Positions 41,210 through 51,918 of a stretch of DNA of 64,000 bases are shown piece after piece. The notes under the pieces were generated by a model that had not been told where the DNA came from, made no database searches, and saw only the letters and a program-made list of their open reading frames with translations. The DNA lies in the NCBI GenBank assembly GCA_012837605.1, contig DUQV01000060.1, forward strand, positions 10,079 to 74,078, written 5' to 3'. How positions within the stretch are numbered: position 1 is the stretch's first letter; the number at the start of each line of letters is the position of its first letter. A program made the translations under genes and the position numbers. The stretch comes from Clostridiales bacterium. GTDB taxonomy: Bacteria; Bacillota; Clostridia; Lachnospirales; Lachnospiraceae.

Positions 41210-42103
41210 ATGAATATCAATATGGAATATTATAAAATATTTTATTATGTGGCAAAGGAAGGGAGCTTTACCAAAGCGGGAGAGGAACTGTGCGTCTCCC
41301 AGCCGGCGGTGAGTCAGTCAATAAAGCTTCTGGAAGAGAACCTAGGCACCAAGCTGTTTATAAGGGTTCCCAAAGGGGTTAAGCTGACACCTGAGGGGGA
41401 AGCATTGTATTCTTATGTGAAGCGCGGCTATGAATATATCAAGCTGGGAGAAGAACAGTTTCACAAGATGCTTGATCTGGAGCATGGTGAAATAAGAATA
41501 GGTGCCAGTGATATGACTCTGCAGTTTTATCTTCTTCCGTATTTGGAACGTTTCCATGAGAAATATCCGGGTATCAAGGTAATAGTGACAAATGCACCTA
41601 CTCCCAGCACTCTGGCACTTCTTTATGACGGAAAGATTGATTTTGGGGTAGTCAGTGAACCGTTTCAGGTAAAGACCGGAATAAAATATAAAAGGGTAAG
41701 GAAGATAAGGGATATCTTTGTTGCCGGCAGTAAATTCAGCTACCTGAAAGATAAAACCATGGAATATAAGGAGTTGGAAAATCTTCCGATTATCAGTTTG
41801 GAGCAAAATACCAGTACACGAAAGTATGTTAATGAGTTTCTCGAGTTAAATCAGGTGTTTCTTAACCCTGAGTTTGAGCTGGCTACCAGCGATATGATTG
41901 TCAAATTCGCCTTGAGAAACCTTGGAATAGGCTGTGTCGTAAAGGATTTTGCAGATGAGGCAATGAAAAAAGGAGAGCTTTTTGAGCTTAAATTTGCAGA
42001 AAAAATACCCGAAAGAAGTATATGTATCGTTACAAGCAGACAAAATCCAATATCAAAAGCCGCAGGCAGTCTTCTTGAGATGTTGAATACATTGCAGAAT
42101 TAG
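41210..42103 (+). CDS. LysR family regulator
   Basis: SFTKAGEELCVSQPAVSQSIKLLE...LFIR...LTPEG; IRIGAS. Confidence 0.95.
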   Translation: MNINMEYYKIFYYVAKEGSFTKAGEELCVSQPAVSQSIKLLEENLGTKLFIRVPKGVKLTPEGEALYSYVKRGYEYIKLGEEQFHKMLDLEHGEIRIGASDMTLQFYLLPYLERFHEKYPGIKVIVTNAPTPSTLALLYDGKIDFGVVSEPFQVKTGIKYKRVRKIRDIFVAGSKFSYLKDKTMEYKELENLPIISLEQNTSTRKYVNEFLELNQVFLNPEFELATSDMIVKFALRNLGIGCVVKDFADEAMKKGELFELKFAEKIPERSICIVTSRQNPISKAAGSLLEMLNTLQN

Positions 42104-42112
42104 GAGGTAATA

Positions 42113-42688
42113 ATGAAAAGAGTAGCACGGTTTGAAAAAGTAAGCAGAGAAAGATTTATTAAGGATTGGATAAGTACATTTTCATCTGATAAATTGGTGA
42201 CTGACGCTAACAGATCAAAAGAAGAGACTATGCAAATACATCGGACAGATGAAAGCAGGATAAAGTATATTAATAAAATATATGATGATATCAAGCTTCC
42301 TAGGAGGGCAACCACAGGTTCTGCCGGTTATGACTTTTATAGCCCTATAGGTTTTGAACTTAATCCGGGTGAGACGATTCTGATACCCACAGGTATTCGG
42401 GTTAAGATAGATGAGGGCTGGGTATTAAAGTGTTATCCAAGAAGCGGTTTAGGTTTCAAATACCGTCTTCAGCTTAATAATACGGTAGGGATAATAGACA
42501 GCGATTATTACTATTCCGATAACGAAGGACATATATTCAGTAAGCTCACTAATGACAGTAAAGAAGGAAAAGCAGTAAATATAGATAAGGGAGCCGGTTT
42601 TATGCAGGGTATCTTTGTTGAATACGGAATAACATATGATGATGATACGTCTGATATAAGAAATGGAGGCTTCGGAAGCACATCATAA
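42113..42688 (+). CDS. dut: Trimeric dUTPase
   Basis: SAGYDF, IPTG, PRSGLG, GIIDSDY, RNGGFGST. Confidence 0.93.
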   Translation: MKRVARFEKVSRERFIKDWISTFSSDKLVTDANRSKEETMQIHRTDESRIKYINKIYDDIKLPRRATTGSAGYDFYSPIGFELNPGETILIPTGIRVKIDEGWVLKCYPRSGLGFKYRLQLNNTVGIIDSDYYYSDNEGHIFSKLTNDSKEGKAVNIDKGAGFMQGIFVEYGITYDDDTSDIRNGGFGSTS

Positions 42689-42847
42689 TTGGAGAAGTTT
42701 CGGGATATCGGCTTATTCCGGGGTTATTTTAATCTCAATACTTCTATGTGGTAGAGCGCTATCACTTTAATATTATGCTGTACAAGTGTAGTTATTTGTA
42801 CTATAATATCGATTATAGTCGTTAATATAATCGAAGGGAGACAGGGT

Positions 42848-44413
42848 ATGGGAGCAGATAAGATACAATACATCACAGCGATGACTGTATATATTGGTGC
42901 AGTTGTCGCAATTGGTTTTTATTATGCAAAAAGAGCAAGTGAAAGCAGCGGCAACTACCTTATAGGCGGAAGATCCTTAGGACCGTGGGTAACTGCTATG
43001 GCGGCAGAAGCCTCGGATATGAGCGGCTGGTTACTTATGGGACTGCCGGGAGTGGCATATTGGTGCGGCTTAGGGGAAGCTGTATGGACAGCGATAGGCT
43101 TGCTTATTGGCACATATCTTAATTGGTTGTTTGTTGCAAAGAGGCTTCGGACATATTCGCAGATAGCAAATGATTCCATAACAATTCCTGATTTCTTAAG
43201 TAACCGTTTTAAAGAGAAGAAGAAAATAATACTCACAATTGCCGCACTATTTATTTTGGTGTTTTTCTGTGTATATGCAGCCAGCTGCTTTGTTACGGTA
43301 GGAAAGCTCTTTAGTACACTATTTGAAGTGGAATATGTGTATATGATGCTTCTGGGAGCGTTATTTGTTGTGGCATATACCTTTATTGGCGGATTTCTGG
43401 CAGAGAGTGCATCTGATTTTATGCAGGGAATAGTGATGTTTATAGCATTGGGTGTTGTTCTTATTGCCGGTACAATAAAAGTAGGAGGTATATCTGAGAT
43501 AATAGAGAATGTAAAATCTATTCCGGGTTTCTTGGATTTCTTTGGTGTTGCAAATCCTAAGACGGTTGATGGTGTTCAACAGGTTTCGGCAGGTAAACCG
43601 TTATTTGACGGGGCGGTAAAATACGGTCCCTTAGTTATTATATCTACCCTATCATGGGGACTCGGGTATTTTGGAATGCCGCAGGTACTATTAAAATTCA
43701 TGGCTATTAAGAACCCTAACGAGCTTAAAATATCCAGAAGAATTGCAGCGGTTTGGTGTGCCATATCTTTATTTGCAGCCGTGTTTATCGGAGTTATTGG
43801 AAGAGTGCTGTATCCGGATGCCTTACTGACTGCAAGCAGTTCCGAAAGAATATTTATACTTATGTCCGGCAGCTTCTTCATACCCTTAATAGCAGGACTT
43901 GTTATGGCGGGAATTCTTGCGGCTACAATAAGCTCATCAGATTCTTATCTGTTAATTGCTGCATCAGCATTTTCAAAGAATATCTATCATGGAATTCTTA
44001 AAAAGGATGCAACAGATAAAGAGGTTTTGGTAATGTCAAGGATTACCCTTATCATTGTAGCAATAATAGCCGCTATAATAGCACTTGATGAGAATAGCGT
44101 AATCTTTAAGGTAGTATCCTTTGCATGGGCAGGATTCGGTGCAACCTTCGGACCGATTATGCTGTTTAGTCTGTTCTGGAAGAGGGTTACAAGGGAAGGA
44201 GCTGTAGCGGGTATGGTAACCGGGGGAGCAATGGTATTTATTTGGAAGCTTCTTGTGAGACCGCTTGGAGGCATTGTTGATATATATGAGCTGTTCCCCG
44301 CATTTGTTTTATCCTGCTTGGCAATAATTACAGTATCATTACTCACAAAGGCGCCGTCTCAGGAAATACAAGAGGAATTTGAGTATGTTAGGAATTATGA
44401 ATACAAGATATAA
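42848..44413 (+). CDS. putP: Sodium/proline symporter
   Basis: GGRSLGPWV, ASDMSGWLLMGLPG, WGLGYFGMPQ, AWAGFGATFGP. Confidence 0.9.
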   Translation: MGADKIQYITAMTVYIGAVVAIGFYYAKRASESSGNYLIGGRSLGPWVTAMAAEASDMSGWLLMGLPGVAYWCGLGEAVWTAIGLLIGTYLNWLFVAKRLRTYSQIANDSITIPDFLSNRFKEKKKIILTIAALFILVFFCVYAASCFVTVGKLFSTLFEVEYVYMMLLGALFVVAYTFIGGFLAESASDFMQGIVMFIALGVVLIAGTIKVGGISEIIENVKSIPGFLDFFGVANPKTVDGVQQVSAGKPLFDGAVKYGPLVIISTLSWGLGYFGMPQVLLKFMAIKNPNELKISRRIAAVWCAISLFAAVFIGVIGRVLYPDALLTASSSERIFILMSGSFFIPLIAGLVMAGILAATISSSDSYLLIAASAFSKNIYHGILKKDATDKEVLVMSRITLIIVAIIAAIIALDENSVIFKVVSFAWAGFGATFGPIMLFSLFWKRVTREGAVAGMVTGGAMVFIWKLLVRPLGGIVDIYELFPAFVLSCLAIITVSLLTKAPSQEIQEEFEYVRNYEYKI

Positions 44414-44533
44414 GAATCTGATATTTTAAATAGAGTATTAGAATTATAAATGTAACGAATAACAGTACGATACAATAAAACGCCGGATAGTCAGGTATTA
44501 CCGCTGTCCGGCATTACTAATTATTAGGTCTGT

Positions 44534-44788
44534 TTATTTATATATGGAATAAAAATCTGCTTCGATATCTTCCATTCTCTTATTATACCAATATTTTGCA
44601 TCATCCAGGGCTCTGTTATATATTATTACACCTAAAGTGTCCATGAAGAAGTCCAGAATCTTCTCAGAACCAATTATCCCCAGTTTCTCATCTCTCTCCG
44701 TTTCAAAATAATATACTATTTCTTGAAGGAGTTGTTTTTTTTCTTCATTAGTTAGAGTTATGTTTGCGCGACGGTAATTGTTATCCAT
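44534..44788 (-). CDS. DUF2164 family protein
   Basis: YYFETERDEKLG...ILDFF...IYNRALDDA; ATG 44788 after AGGAGG. Confidence 0.8.
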   Translation of the reverse strand: MDNNYRRANITLTNEEKKQLLQEIVYYFETERDEKLGIIGSEKILDFFMDTLGVIIYNRALDDAKYWYNKRMEDIEADFYSIYK

Positions 44789-44872
44789 AAAGTACCTCCT
44801 AATATTCATACAAAGTTAACAGAACTTCATACTTAGTGAACAGAGCCGAATACTTCTGTAAAACTGTATCTT

Positions 44873-45970
44873 TTACTTTAAGCAATCAAGAAGAATCTCA
44901 AGCAGTGCATCATTTTGCTCCGGATTCATAAAGCAGAAGCGGATAAATTTATTATCCAAAAAAGGAAATGTAGAGCAATCTCTTATGAGAAAGCCTTTTC
45001 TAATCGCTGCTTCAAACAGATCCATGGAGGTGATATCGTCTTTAAGTATTTTAATAAGTACAAAGTTAGCAATCGGCGGATAGACCTTTATATTGGTACA
45101 ATTATTTAAGATTCCGCATATTCTGTTTCGTTCAGCCGCAATCAACTGCCTTGTCTTGGTTATATATTCTTCATCGGTAAACATTATTTCTCCCGCTACG
45201 GCAGCCAGTGTATTAATTGTCCATGGATTCTTACGCCGGTTCATTTCCTTAAGCAGGTCACTATTGCCGCAGACAGCATATCCAAGCCGCAGTCCCGGTG
45301 CTGCAAAAAACTTGGATATACCGCGAAGTATTACTATGTTATTATAATATCCGGTCAAAGGGACACAGGTGATTTTCTGAATATCCTCGGCAAATTCCAC
45401 ATAGGTCTCGTCCACCATAACAAATATGCCTTTCTTCTTGCATATGTCAAGTATCTTTCTCATGTCGCTTCGGGTTATGGCAGATGAGGTTGGATTATTG
45501 GGATTGCATATTACAAGAAGATCAACATCTGCATCCAGTTCCTTTTCTAAGGATTTTATATCTATACAAAAATCATTTTCTTCTTCTAATCTGTAATAGA
45601 GGGAGCATCCGCCTCCAAGCGAGACTTCTCTTTCGTATTCGGAATAAGTAGGACCGACAATTAATGCTTTATTGGGATGTTTAATTTGGATAAATAGGGA
45701 GATAAGCTCCGTAGAGCCATTTCCGACGATTATATCATCGGTATCAGCCTTTACATATTCAGCAATCTGCTTTCGTAAAGAGGTATATTCTCTGTCAGGA
45801 TAGCTCGTTATGGTATCAATACGTTCTGACAGGGTTTTTCTAAGCTTGGGAGAAATACCCAGAGGATTAACATTTGCAGCGAAGCTTACTATGTTCTGCT
45901 TCTTAATTCCGTATAAGCTCTCTATTGTTTCCAAATCACTTCCGTGAAAATGGTCACTGTGTCTGATCAT
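44873..45970 (-). CDS. PLP-dependent class I/II enzyme (CobD threonine-phosphate decarboxylase / HisC-like)
   Basis: HFHGSD, ANVNPLG, YPD, GNGSTELI, CNPNNPT, VDETY, SKFFAAPGLRLGY. Confidence 0.85.
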   Translation of the reverse strand: MIRHSDHFHGSDLETIESLYGIKKQNIVSFAANVNPLGISPKLRKTLSERIDTITSYPDREYTSLRKQIAEYVKADTDDIIVGNGSTELISLFIQIKHPNKALIVGPTYSEYEREVSLGGGCSLYYRLEEENDFCIDIKSLEKELDADVDLLVICNPNNPTSSAITRSDMRKILDICKKKGIFVMVDETYVEFAEDIQKITCVPLTGYYNNIVILRGISKFFAAPGLRLGYAVCGNSDLLKEMNRRKNPWTINTLAAVAGEIMFTDEEYITKTRQLIAAERNRICGILNNCTNIKVYPPIANFVLIKILKDDITSMDLFEAAIRKGFLIRDCSTFPFLDNKFIRFCFMNPEQNDALLEILLDCLK

Positions 45971-46192
45971 GGCTTCCTCCTTATGACGAATAATAGTAAA
46001 ATAGTGCGATATTTCGCAGCGGTCTTAATCGTAGGACTAGATTTTTTTTACATCATGCATTATAATTAATTGTACATGAATTATATAAAAATTTTAATAT
46101 CTGATCAGCATTTCTTTATGTTAATATGTTTGTACTTAATTATAGCTTTTTTAGAATAAAAAGCAATGATTACTATACATGAGGTGATAAAT

Positions 46193-49100
46193 TTGAAGGA
46201 AAAGATAGAACAATTAGCCCGAGGTGAATTCGAATATGAACTTCCTTTCCTTCGAATTTCTGTAGAAGAAATCAGTTTTAGTGTTGAGGCAGGCAAGCAA
46301 TATGAAGCCAGCTTTCATATCAGTAACAGCATGAATCGTATTATGAAAGGAATTGTATTATCTTCTGACAGATTACTTACTCTTGGTATATCTGCATTTA
46401 GAGACAAGGAATGCATTGTTACATATAAATTTGATGCTTCTTTCCTTAAACCCTCAGATATAGTAAGCGGTAATATTACCATTTTGAGTGATTGCGGTGA
46501 AGCCGTATTACCGTTCGAAGTTCATGTAAAAGCTCCGGTTATAAACACATCTATAGGTAAGATAAAAAATTTCTTTGAGTTCGCCAATCTGGCAAGGATG
46601 GATTGGACTGAAGCCAAAAAGGTATTCCGCAGTGAAGAGTTTGAGCGGATTATTTTGAAAAATGAAGAAAAATATCATGTAATCTACAAAAATCTATTAA
46701 AGAGTATCTCAACCAGTCAGGCATTGGAAGAATTCTTAATAGCTGTTAATAAAAAATCAAGAATAAATCTGGGTATTAATAAAACATATCTGGAATATGA
46801 GATCCGTGATGAAGATCTTATTGATAAGTTGATTATTACCAAGAATCACTGGGGATATGCGGAAATTCGGGTGAGCACCGATGCTCCGTTTATTACACTT
46901 GAGCAGAAGTTCCTTTGGGCTGACCGGTTTATAGGCAATAACCATCAGGTATCATTTGTTGTAAATGCACAGAAGTTGTCCCCGGGAATCAACTATGGCA
47001 GAATATATATAAGAACCGTTTATCAGACTATAACTGTCGATTTGATTTGTAAAAAGCATAGGGATTCTAATCCTGAAACTGCTGCAATCAGACAGACTAT
47101 GAAGAGAAGGTATGATTACACCAAAAGTTATCTGGATTTTAGAATTGGCAGAATCAGTCTTAACAGATATATACAGGATACTAAGGCTTTGCTTGCCGGT
47201 GTTAACAATCCTGAAGAACAAACCATGAATAAATTGGTGGAAATACATCTGGCTATACTTTCTGAAAACAAAAGAACGGCAGCCAAGCTGCTTGATGAAT
47301 TGTCAAAGGAAGAGGTGCCACTTCGAAAGCGTTCAATCTTTGAATATTGTGCTTATCTTTATTTATTGGCACTATATAAGAGAGATGAAGAGACTATACA
47401 ATATGTTACAGACACTATCGGCAGATATTATTTGAGCGGCAGCTATGATTGGAGAATATTATGGTTCTTATTATTTACAGATAAGCGTTATGAAAGAAAC
47501 CGCAGCTACAAGCTTGCTGACATAAGGGAGCAGTTTGACGCCGGATGCCGCTCTCCGATACTATATTATGAGGCAATCTGTGTATATAATGAAGAACCTT
47601 ATCTGTTAAGAGAGCTGAATGAATTTGAAATTCATGTTATGAATTATGGTATTAAGACTAATTGTCTTAATATGGATTTGATAATGCAGTATACATATCT
47701 TGTTTCACGGCTAAAAAGCTTTAATTCCATAGTATTCAAAGGCCTTGCAATACTTTATAAGAATTATGAAAAGGAGGAAATTCTATCAGCAATATGCAGT
47801 CTGCTTATCAAAGGCTTTAAAAAAGACAGTAAATATTTCCATTGGTATAGCCTGGGTGTCAATGCTCAGCTTAGAATTACAGAACTATATGAATATTATA
47901 TGTATTGTGTTGATGAAAGCAGGATGGATCCGCTTCCACAGCCTTTGCTTATATATTTTATCTATAACAGCAGCCTTAATGACAGCAAGCGTGCATACCT
48001 TTATGCTAATATTATAAAGAACAAAAAGGACAACGATCAGATATATCAATTGTACTATAAGACGATTGAGGTATTTACCCTGTCACAGCTGAAAGCGGGC
48101 AATATCAGCAGGAATCTGGCGATTTTGTATAAGGAATTTATGAATAAGCCAATACATAATAAATTGTTTTCCGAATATTTGCCCGAGGTTATGTTCACAC
48201 ATGAACTGATTTGTGATAACCCGAATATGGTAAGTGTAGCAGTCGTGCATAAGGAAATGGAGCAAGAGGAGACGACGGCTCTTTGTGACGGTAAAGCAAG
48301 TATACAGATATATACTCAGGACGCAAGTATTTTCATGATTGATTCCTTTGGAAACCGTTATGCAGTATCGATAGATTATACCTTGATACCCTTGTTTAAG
48401 TCTGAGGAATTTCATGGAATTTTTATGGATTATGACGGACATACAAAGCTTCTTCTGTATTTGTTCGACCATTATCGTATTAATAGAGTGATTAGCCGAG
48501 ATTCTATAGAGTTAAGAAAGCATATTTTACAGATACAAGGTTTGAAGGAGTCATATTATATAGACTGTCTGTTAACGCTTATTGAGTATTATTATGAGAA
48601 TTATGATGTAAATATGCTTGAGCAGTATTTGCTGAAATTAGATTTATCAAAGGTAAAGGATTCTCATAGGATTAAGTTTCTTGAATACATGGTCATTAGG
48701 GGTTATTATGATAAGGCTTTGGAAGCTTTGAGATGTTTTGGAGTAGAAGGTATTTCTATTCACAGGCTGCTCAAGCTTTGTTCGGGTTGGATAACCTACG
48801 CGAGATTGGATAAAAAGAAAGAACCTTTTATATACCTTTGTTATTATGTATATTCCCAGGGGAAATATGATGAGACTATTTTAAGCTACCTAGTAAAATA
48901 TTATAATGACTCTACAGCGGACATGCTTGCCTTATGGCAATCAGCTCTGGACTTTGATATAGACACCCGTATCCTTGAAGAAAGACTTCTTATTCAGATA
49001 TTATTTACAGAAAGTGACCATAAAGAGAACATCAGTTTATTCTTAAATTATTACAACAAGGTAACAAACCATCTGATTGTACGGGCATTTCTGACATATT

Positions 49101-49741
49101 ATGCGTATAAATATCTGGTTAAGGACGAAAAAATTGGGGATGAGCTTTTTCCTATTATGAGAAGAGAGCTGAATTACGAGGAAAACGATATTTGTTTATT
49201 GGCATGGTTGAAATATAATTCAAACAATACTGATTTGGCTGAAAATGATTTAAACTTTATTTCATATAATATTGACAGACTTGACCGACAGGGAATTGTT
49301 TTACCTTTTTTCAAAGATTATAAGCATATAATAAAGCTTCCAAGGCGTATAACAGAGAGATATTATGTGGAATATAAGACGAATCCTAAAAAGCAGGTTT
49401 TTCTTCATTATAGAATGTTAAATAACAATGAGAATGGAGAGTATATAACAGAACGTATGGCTAATACTTTCTTAGGAATTCATGTGAAGGAATTTGTGCT
49501 GTTTTATAATGAAGAGCTGCAGTACTATATAACCGAGGAACAGGAAGACGAGGTTAATACAAGTGAAAGCTTTGTCATTAGAAACAAAGCAGATGACATG
49601 CTTGATAATTCTAAATACAATCGAATTAATAAGATGTTAATAGCACTTGAATCTGAGGACATGACAGAGCTTCTTGATATGATGGAAGATTATATAGAAA
49701 CAGAATACATAATTCGGGAGTGTTTTGTACCGTTATCATGA
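46193..49741 (+). CDS. DUF5717-like very large protein (beta-rich N-terminal domains, helical-repeat core, beta-rich C-terminus)
   Basis: MKEKIEQLARGEFEY N-terminus; LRITELYEYY; KEFVLFYNE.LQYYI C-terminus; TTG 46193 after GAGGTG (ORF track 46166). Confidence 0.75.
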   Translation: MKEKIEQLARGEFEYELPFLRISVEEISFSVEAGKQYEASFHISNSMNRIMKGIVLSSDRLLTLGISAFRDKECIVTYKFDASFLKPSDIVSGNITILSDCGEAVLPFEVHVKAPVINTSIGKIKNFFEFANLARMDWTEAKKVFRSEEFERIILKNEEKYHVIYKNLLKSISTSQALEEFLIAVNKKSRINLGINKTYLEYEIRDEDLIDKLIITKNHWGYAEIRVSTDAPFITLEQKFLWADRFIGNNHQVSFVVNAQKLSPGINYGRIYIRTVYQTITVDLICKKHRDSNPETAAIRQTMKRRYDYTKSYLDFRIGRISLNRYIQDTKALLAGVNNPEEQTMNKLVEIHLAILSENKRTAAKLLDELSKEEVPLRKRSIFEYCAYLYLLALYKRDEETIQYVTDTIGRYYLSGSYDWRILWFLLFTDKRYERNRSYKLADIREQFDAGCRSPILYYEAICVYNEEPYLLRELNEFEIHVMNYGIKTNCLNMDLIMQYTYLVSRLKSFNSIVFKGLAILYKNYEKEEILSAICSLLIKGFKKDSKYFHWYSLGVNAQLRITELYEYYMYCVDESRMDPLPQPLLIYFIYNSSLNDSKRAYLYANIIKNKKDNDQIYQLYYKTIEVFTLSQLKAGNISRNLAILYKEFMNKPIHNKLFSEYLPEVMFTHELICDNPNMVSVAVVHKEMEQEETTALCDGKASIQIYTQDASIFMIDSFGNRYAVSIDYTLIPLFKSEEFHGIFMDYDGHTKLLLYLFDHYRINRVISRDSIELRKHILQIQGLKESYYIDCLLTLIEYYYENYDVNMLEQYLLKLDLSKVKDSHRIKFLEYMVIRGYYDKALEALRCFGVEGISIHRLLKLCSGWITYARLDKKKEPFIYLCYYVYSQGKYDETILSYLVKYYNDSTADMLALWQSALDFDIDTRILEERLLIQILFTESDHKENISLFLNYYNKVTNHLIVRAFLTYYAYKYLVKDEKIGDELFPIMRRELNYEENDICLLAWLKYNSNNTDLAENDLNFISYNIDRLDRQGIVLPFFKDYKHIIKLPRRITERYYVEYKTNPKKQVFLHYRMLNNNENGEYITERMANTFLGIHVKEFVLFYNEELQYYITEEQEDEVNTSESFVIRNKADDMLDNSKYNRINKMLIALESEDMTELLDMMEDYIETEYIIRECFVPLS

Positions 49742-49766
49742 TTACTGTTCAAAGGGAGAAACTGAA

Positions 49767-51029
49767 ATGGACAACACGAGGAAATTAATTGTTGGCTATG
49801 ATTTGTGCGAGGATTACACGCAGATAAGCTGTTACAGTTATAAGACCTATGAGCCGATCCTGATACACCCCATAGATGATGAAGAAAACCCCCTCATTCC
49901 CACTGTTTTATGTGAAAAGAGTGAGACAAGGACTTGGGTTTTTGGCAAAGAGGCTATGGATTGTGCCAAGGATGGCTCCGGAGTTTTGGTTGATAAGCTT
50001 CTTCATAAATTAAAGCATCGTGAAGAGGTGACTATATTTGACCAAAAATATAGTGCGGTCTCCCTAATAGAGAAATATTTCAGAAAAACTCTTACACTTA
50101 TAAAGAATTATTTTCCTACTGAAACTATCACCCAGATTGTTGTAACTCTTAGGGAAATGGACCCGGTTATTGTTGAGGGAGTATTTGAAGCCTTACATAT
50201 GCTTGGAATAGAAAAAGACAGAGCAAATATCATTAGCCATGGAAGCAGTTTTATGTATTATGCCTTAAGTCAGGAAAGAGAGCTTTGGTTGAATGATGTT
50301 GGATTATTTGATTTTAATGAGGATGGTCTTAGCTTTTACCGGATAAGTATAAACAGAAGAGCAAATCCCATGATTGCGGGCATGGAAAGGCAAGATTTTT
50401 CAGAAACCTTAAATTATGCAGTTTTAAAAAACAAGAAGATTGATAAAGAATATACCTTTGAAACTATAGCGAATACGGTTTTATACAAACAGATCATATC
50501 AACCTTATACTTTACCGGCAGAGGCTTCGAAGACAACTGGGCAGCTGAGGTTATAAAGAGTCTATGTACAGGACGCAGAGTATTTGTTGGCCAAAGCCTT
50601 TATACTTATGGTGCCTGCTATGCAGCAAAGGAGCTTTCAGGAGATAAGAATCTTGAGGATATTATCTTACTAAATGATGAGATGATAGTCAGTTCGATAG
50701 CACTAAAAGCTTATGTGGATGGGATAACTAAGGAGGTTTTGTTATCAAATGCAGCGGTGCCCTGGTATGAGGTTAATAAGGATGTCGATGTAATTCCCGA
50801 AGAGGCAGCTGATGTTGAGATCGTGATTAGAAACATTATGACAAAGGAAATAATCAGGGAGAGATTACCGCTTCACAATCTGCCTAAAAGACCGGAACGT
50901 ATGACCAGATTGAATATTAATATTTCATGCATAGATAAATCCAAGCTCAAGGTAAAGATTTCAGATTTGGGGTTTGGAGAGGATTATCCGGGAACGGGTA
51001 TATTGTCCGAATATATACTAAACATATGA
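49767..51029 (+). CDS. DUF5716-like protein; degenerate Hsp70/actin-fold
   Basis: IVGYDLCEDYTQIS, IPTVL, VGLFDF, LYFTG, GACYAA, LPKRP...DLGFGE; ATG 49767 after AGGGAG. Confidence 0.75.
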   Translation: MDNTRKLIVGYDLCEDYTQISCYSYKTYEPILIHPIDDEENPLIPTVLCEKSETRTWVFGKEAMDCAKDGSGVLVDKLLHKLKHREEVTIFDQKYSAVSLIEKYFRKTLTLIKNYFPTETITQIVVTLREMDPVIVEGVFEALHMLGIEKDRANIISHGSSFMYYALSQERELWLNDVGLFDFNEDGLSFYRISINRRANPMIAGMERQDFSETLNYAVLKNKKIDKEYTFETIANTVLYKQIISTLYFTGRGFEDNWAAEVIKSLCTGRRVFVGQSLYTYGACYAAKELSGDKNLEDIILLNDEMIVSSIALKAYVDGITKEVLLSNAAVPWYEVNKDVDVIPEEAADVEIVIRNIMTKEIIRERLPLHNLPKRPERMTRLNINISCIDKSKLKVKISDLGFGEDYPGTGILSEYILNI

Positions 51030-51046
51030 TAAAGAGAGGATAAAGC

Positions 51047-51886
51047 ATGGGTAAGCTAATTCTTTGCAGTGGGAAAAGAACTGACAGACCATATGTTTTT
51101 CCTGCTACAGGTCACAGGATTTTTTCGATTGAAGAGCTGTGCTATTATATTTATAATAATATTTATTCCATAGATGAAACCCTGTTCACAGATTCATTGA
51201 CAGATTGGATAAAAACAGAGCTTGACCTTGCCTTGCGGGCTGAGAAATTGGAAATGTCTCTTAAGCAGGGGGCAGATTATAAAACCCTATTGACAATAGT
51301 TCTATGCAGCTCAGATTATTATACTGAACAGGAAATAAAAAAGCTTCTTATTACAGTTGATGAGATAAGGGCAATGCCTTCTGTTAAACGATGGTTTATG
51401 AAAGCAAATTCGTTTTTAATGAGAGGTCAGTATGCTGAGGCGGCAGCACAGTATGACAGGCTGTTGATTTCTGAAGAGGCTGTAGATCTGGACCCTAAGG
51501 ATTACGGAGATGTTCTACATAATCTGGCTATTGCTTCTCTACATATCTATGAACCGGAAAGAGCACTTGAATTATTTTCTCATGCTTATGAGCGTAATCA
51601 TAAAGATGAGACATTACGACAGTATCTTTATACCCTTTGGCTTGTAAAGGGCAAGGAAGAATTTGAGGAAAAGGCAGCTGAATATCAGTTGGACGAAGAG
51701 TTTAGGGAAGAGATTATGTTATTGATGGAGCAATTATCCCGAGATGCAGGAATGTGTAAGGAAATGAATGAAATAAATAAGCTTCGTGACATGATGGGAT
51801 TAGGTAAGGATGAGGAGATTAAAAGCAAATGTAAACAGATAATAGATGGTTGGATCAGTGAAATACGCAGCGTAAAACACCAATAG
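51047..51886 (+). CDS. Hypothetical protein with TPR-like helices
   Basis: KANSFLMRGQYAEAAAQYDRLL and YGDVLHNLAIA...ALELFSHAYE; 17 bp after the previous gene. Confidence 0.7.
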   Translation: MGKLILCSGKRTDRPYVFPATGHRIFSIEELCYYIYNNIYSIDETLFTDSLTDWIKTELDLALRAEKLEMSLKQGADYKTLLTIVLCSSDYYTEQEIKKLLITVDEIRAMPSVKRWFMKANSFLMRGQYAEAAAQYDRLLISEEAVDLDPKDYGDVLHNLAIASLHIYEPERALELFSHAYERNHKDETLRQYLYTLWLVKGKEEFEEKAAEYQLDEEFREEIMLLMEQLSRDAGMCKEMNEINKLRDMMGLGKDEEIKSKCKQIIDGWISEIRSVKHQ

Positions 51887-51918
51887 AAAATTGAAAAGAG
51901 CATTTAGGAGATACTAAA

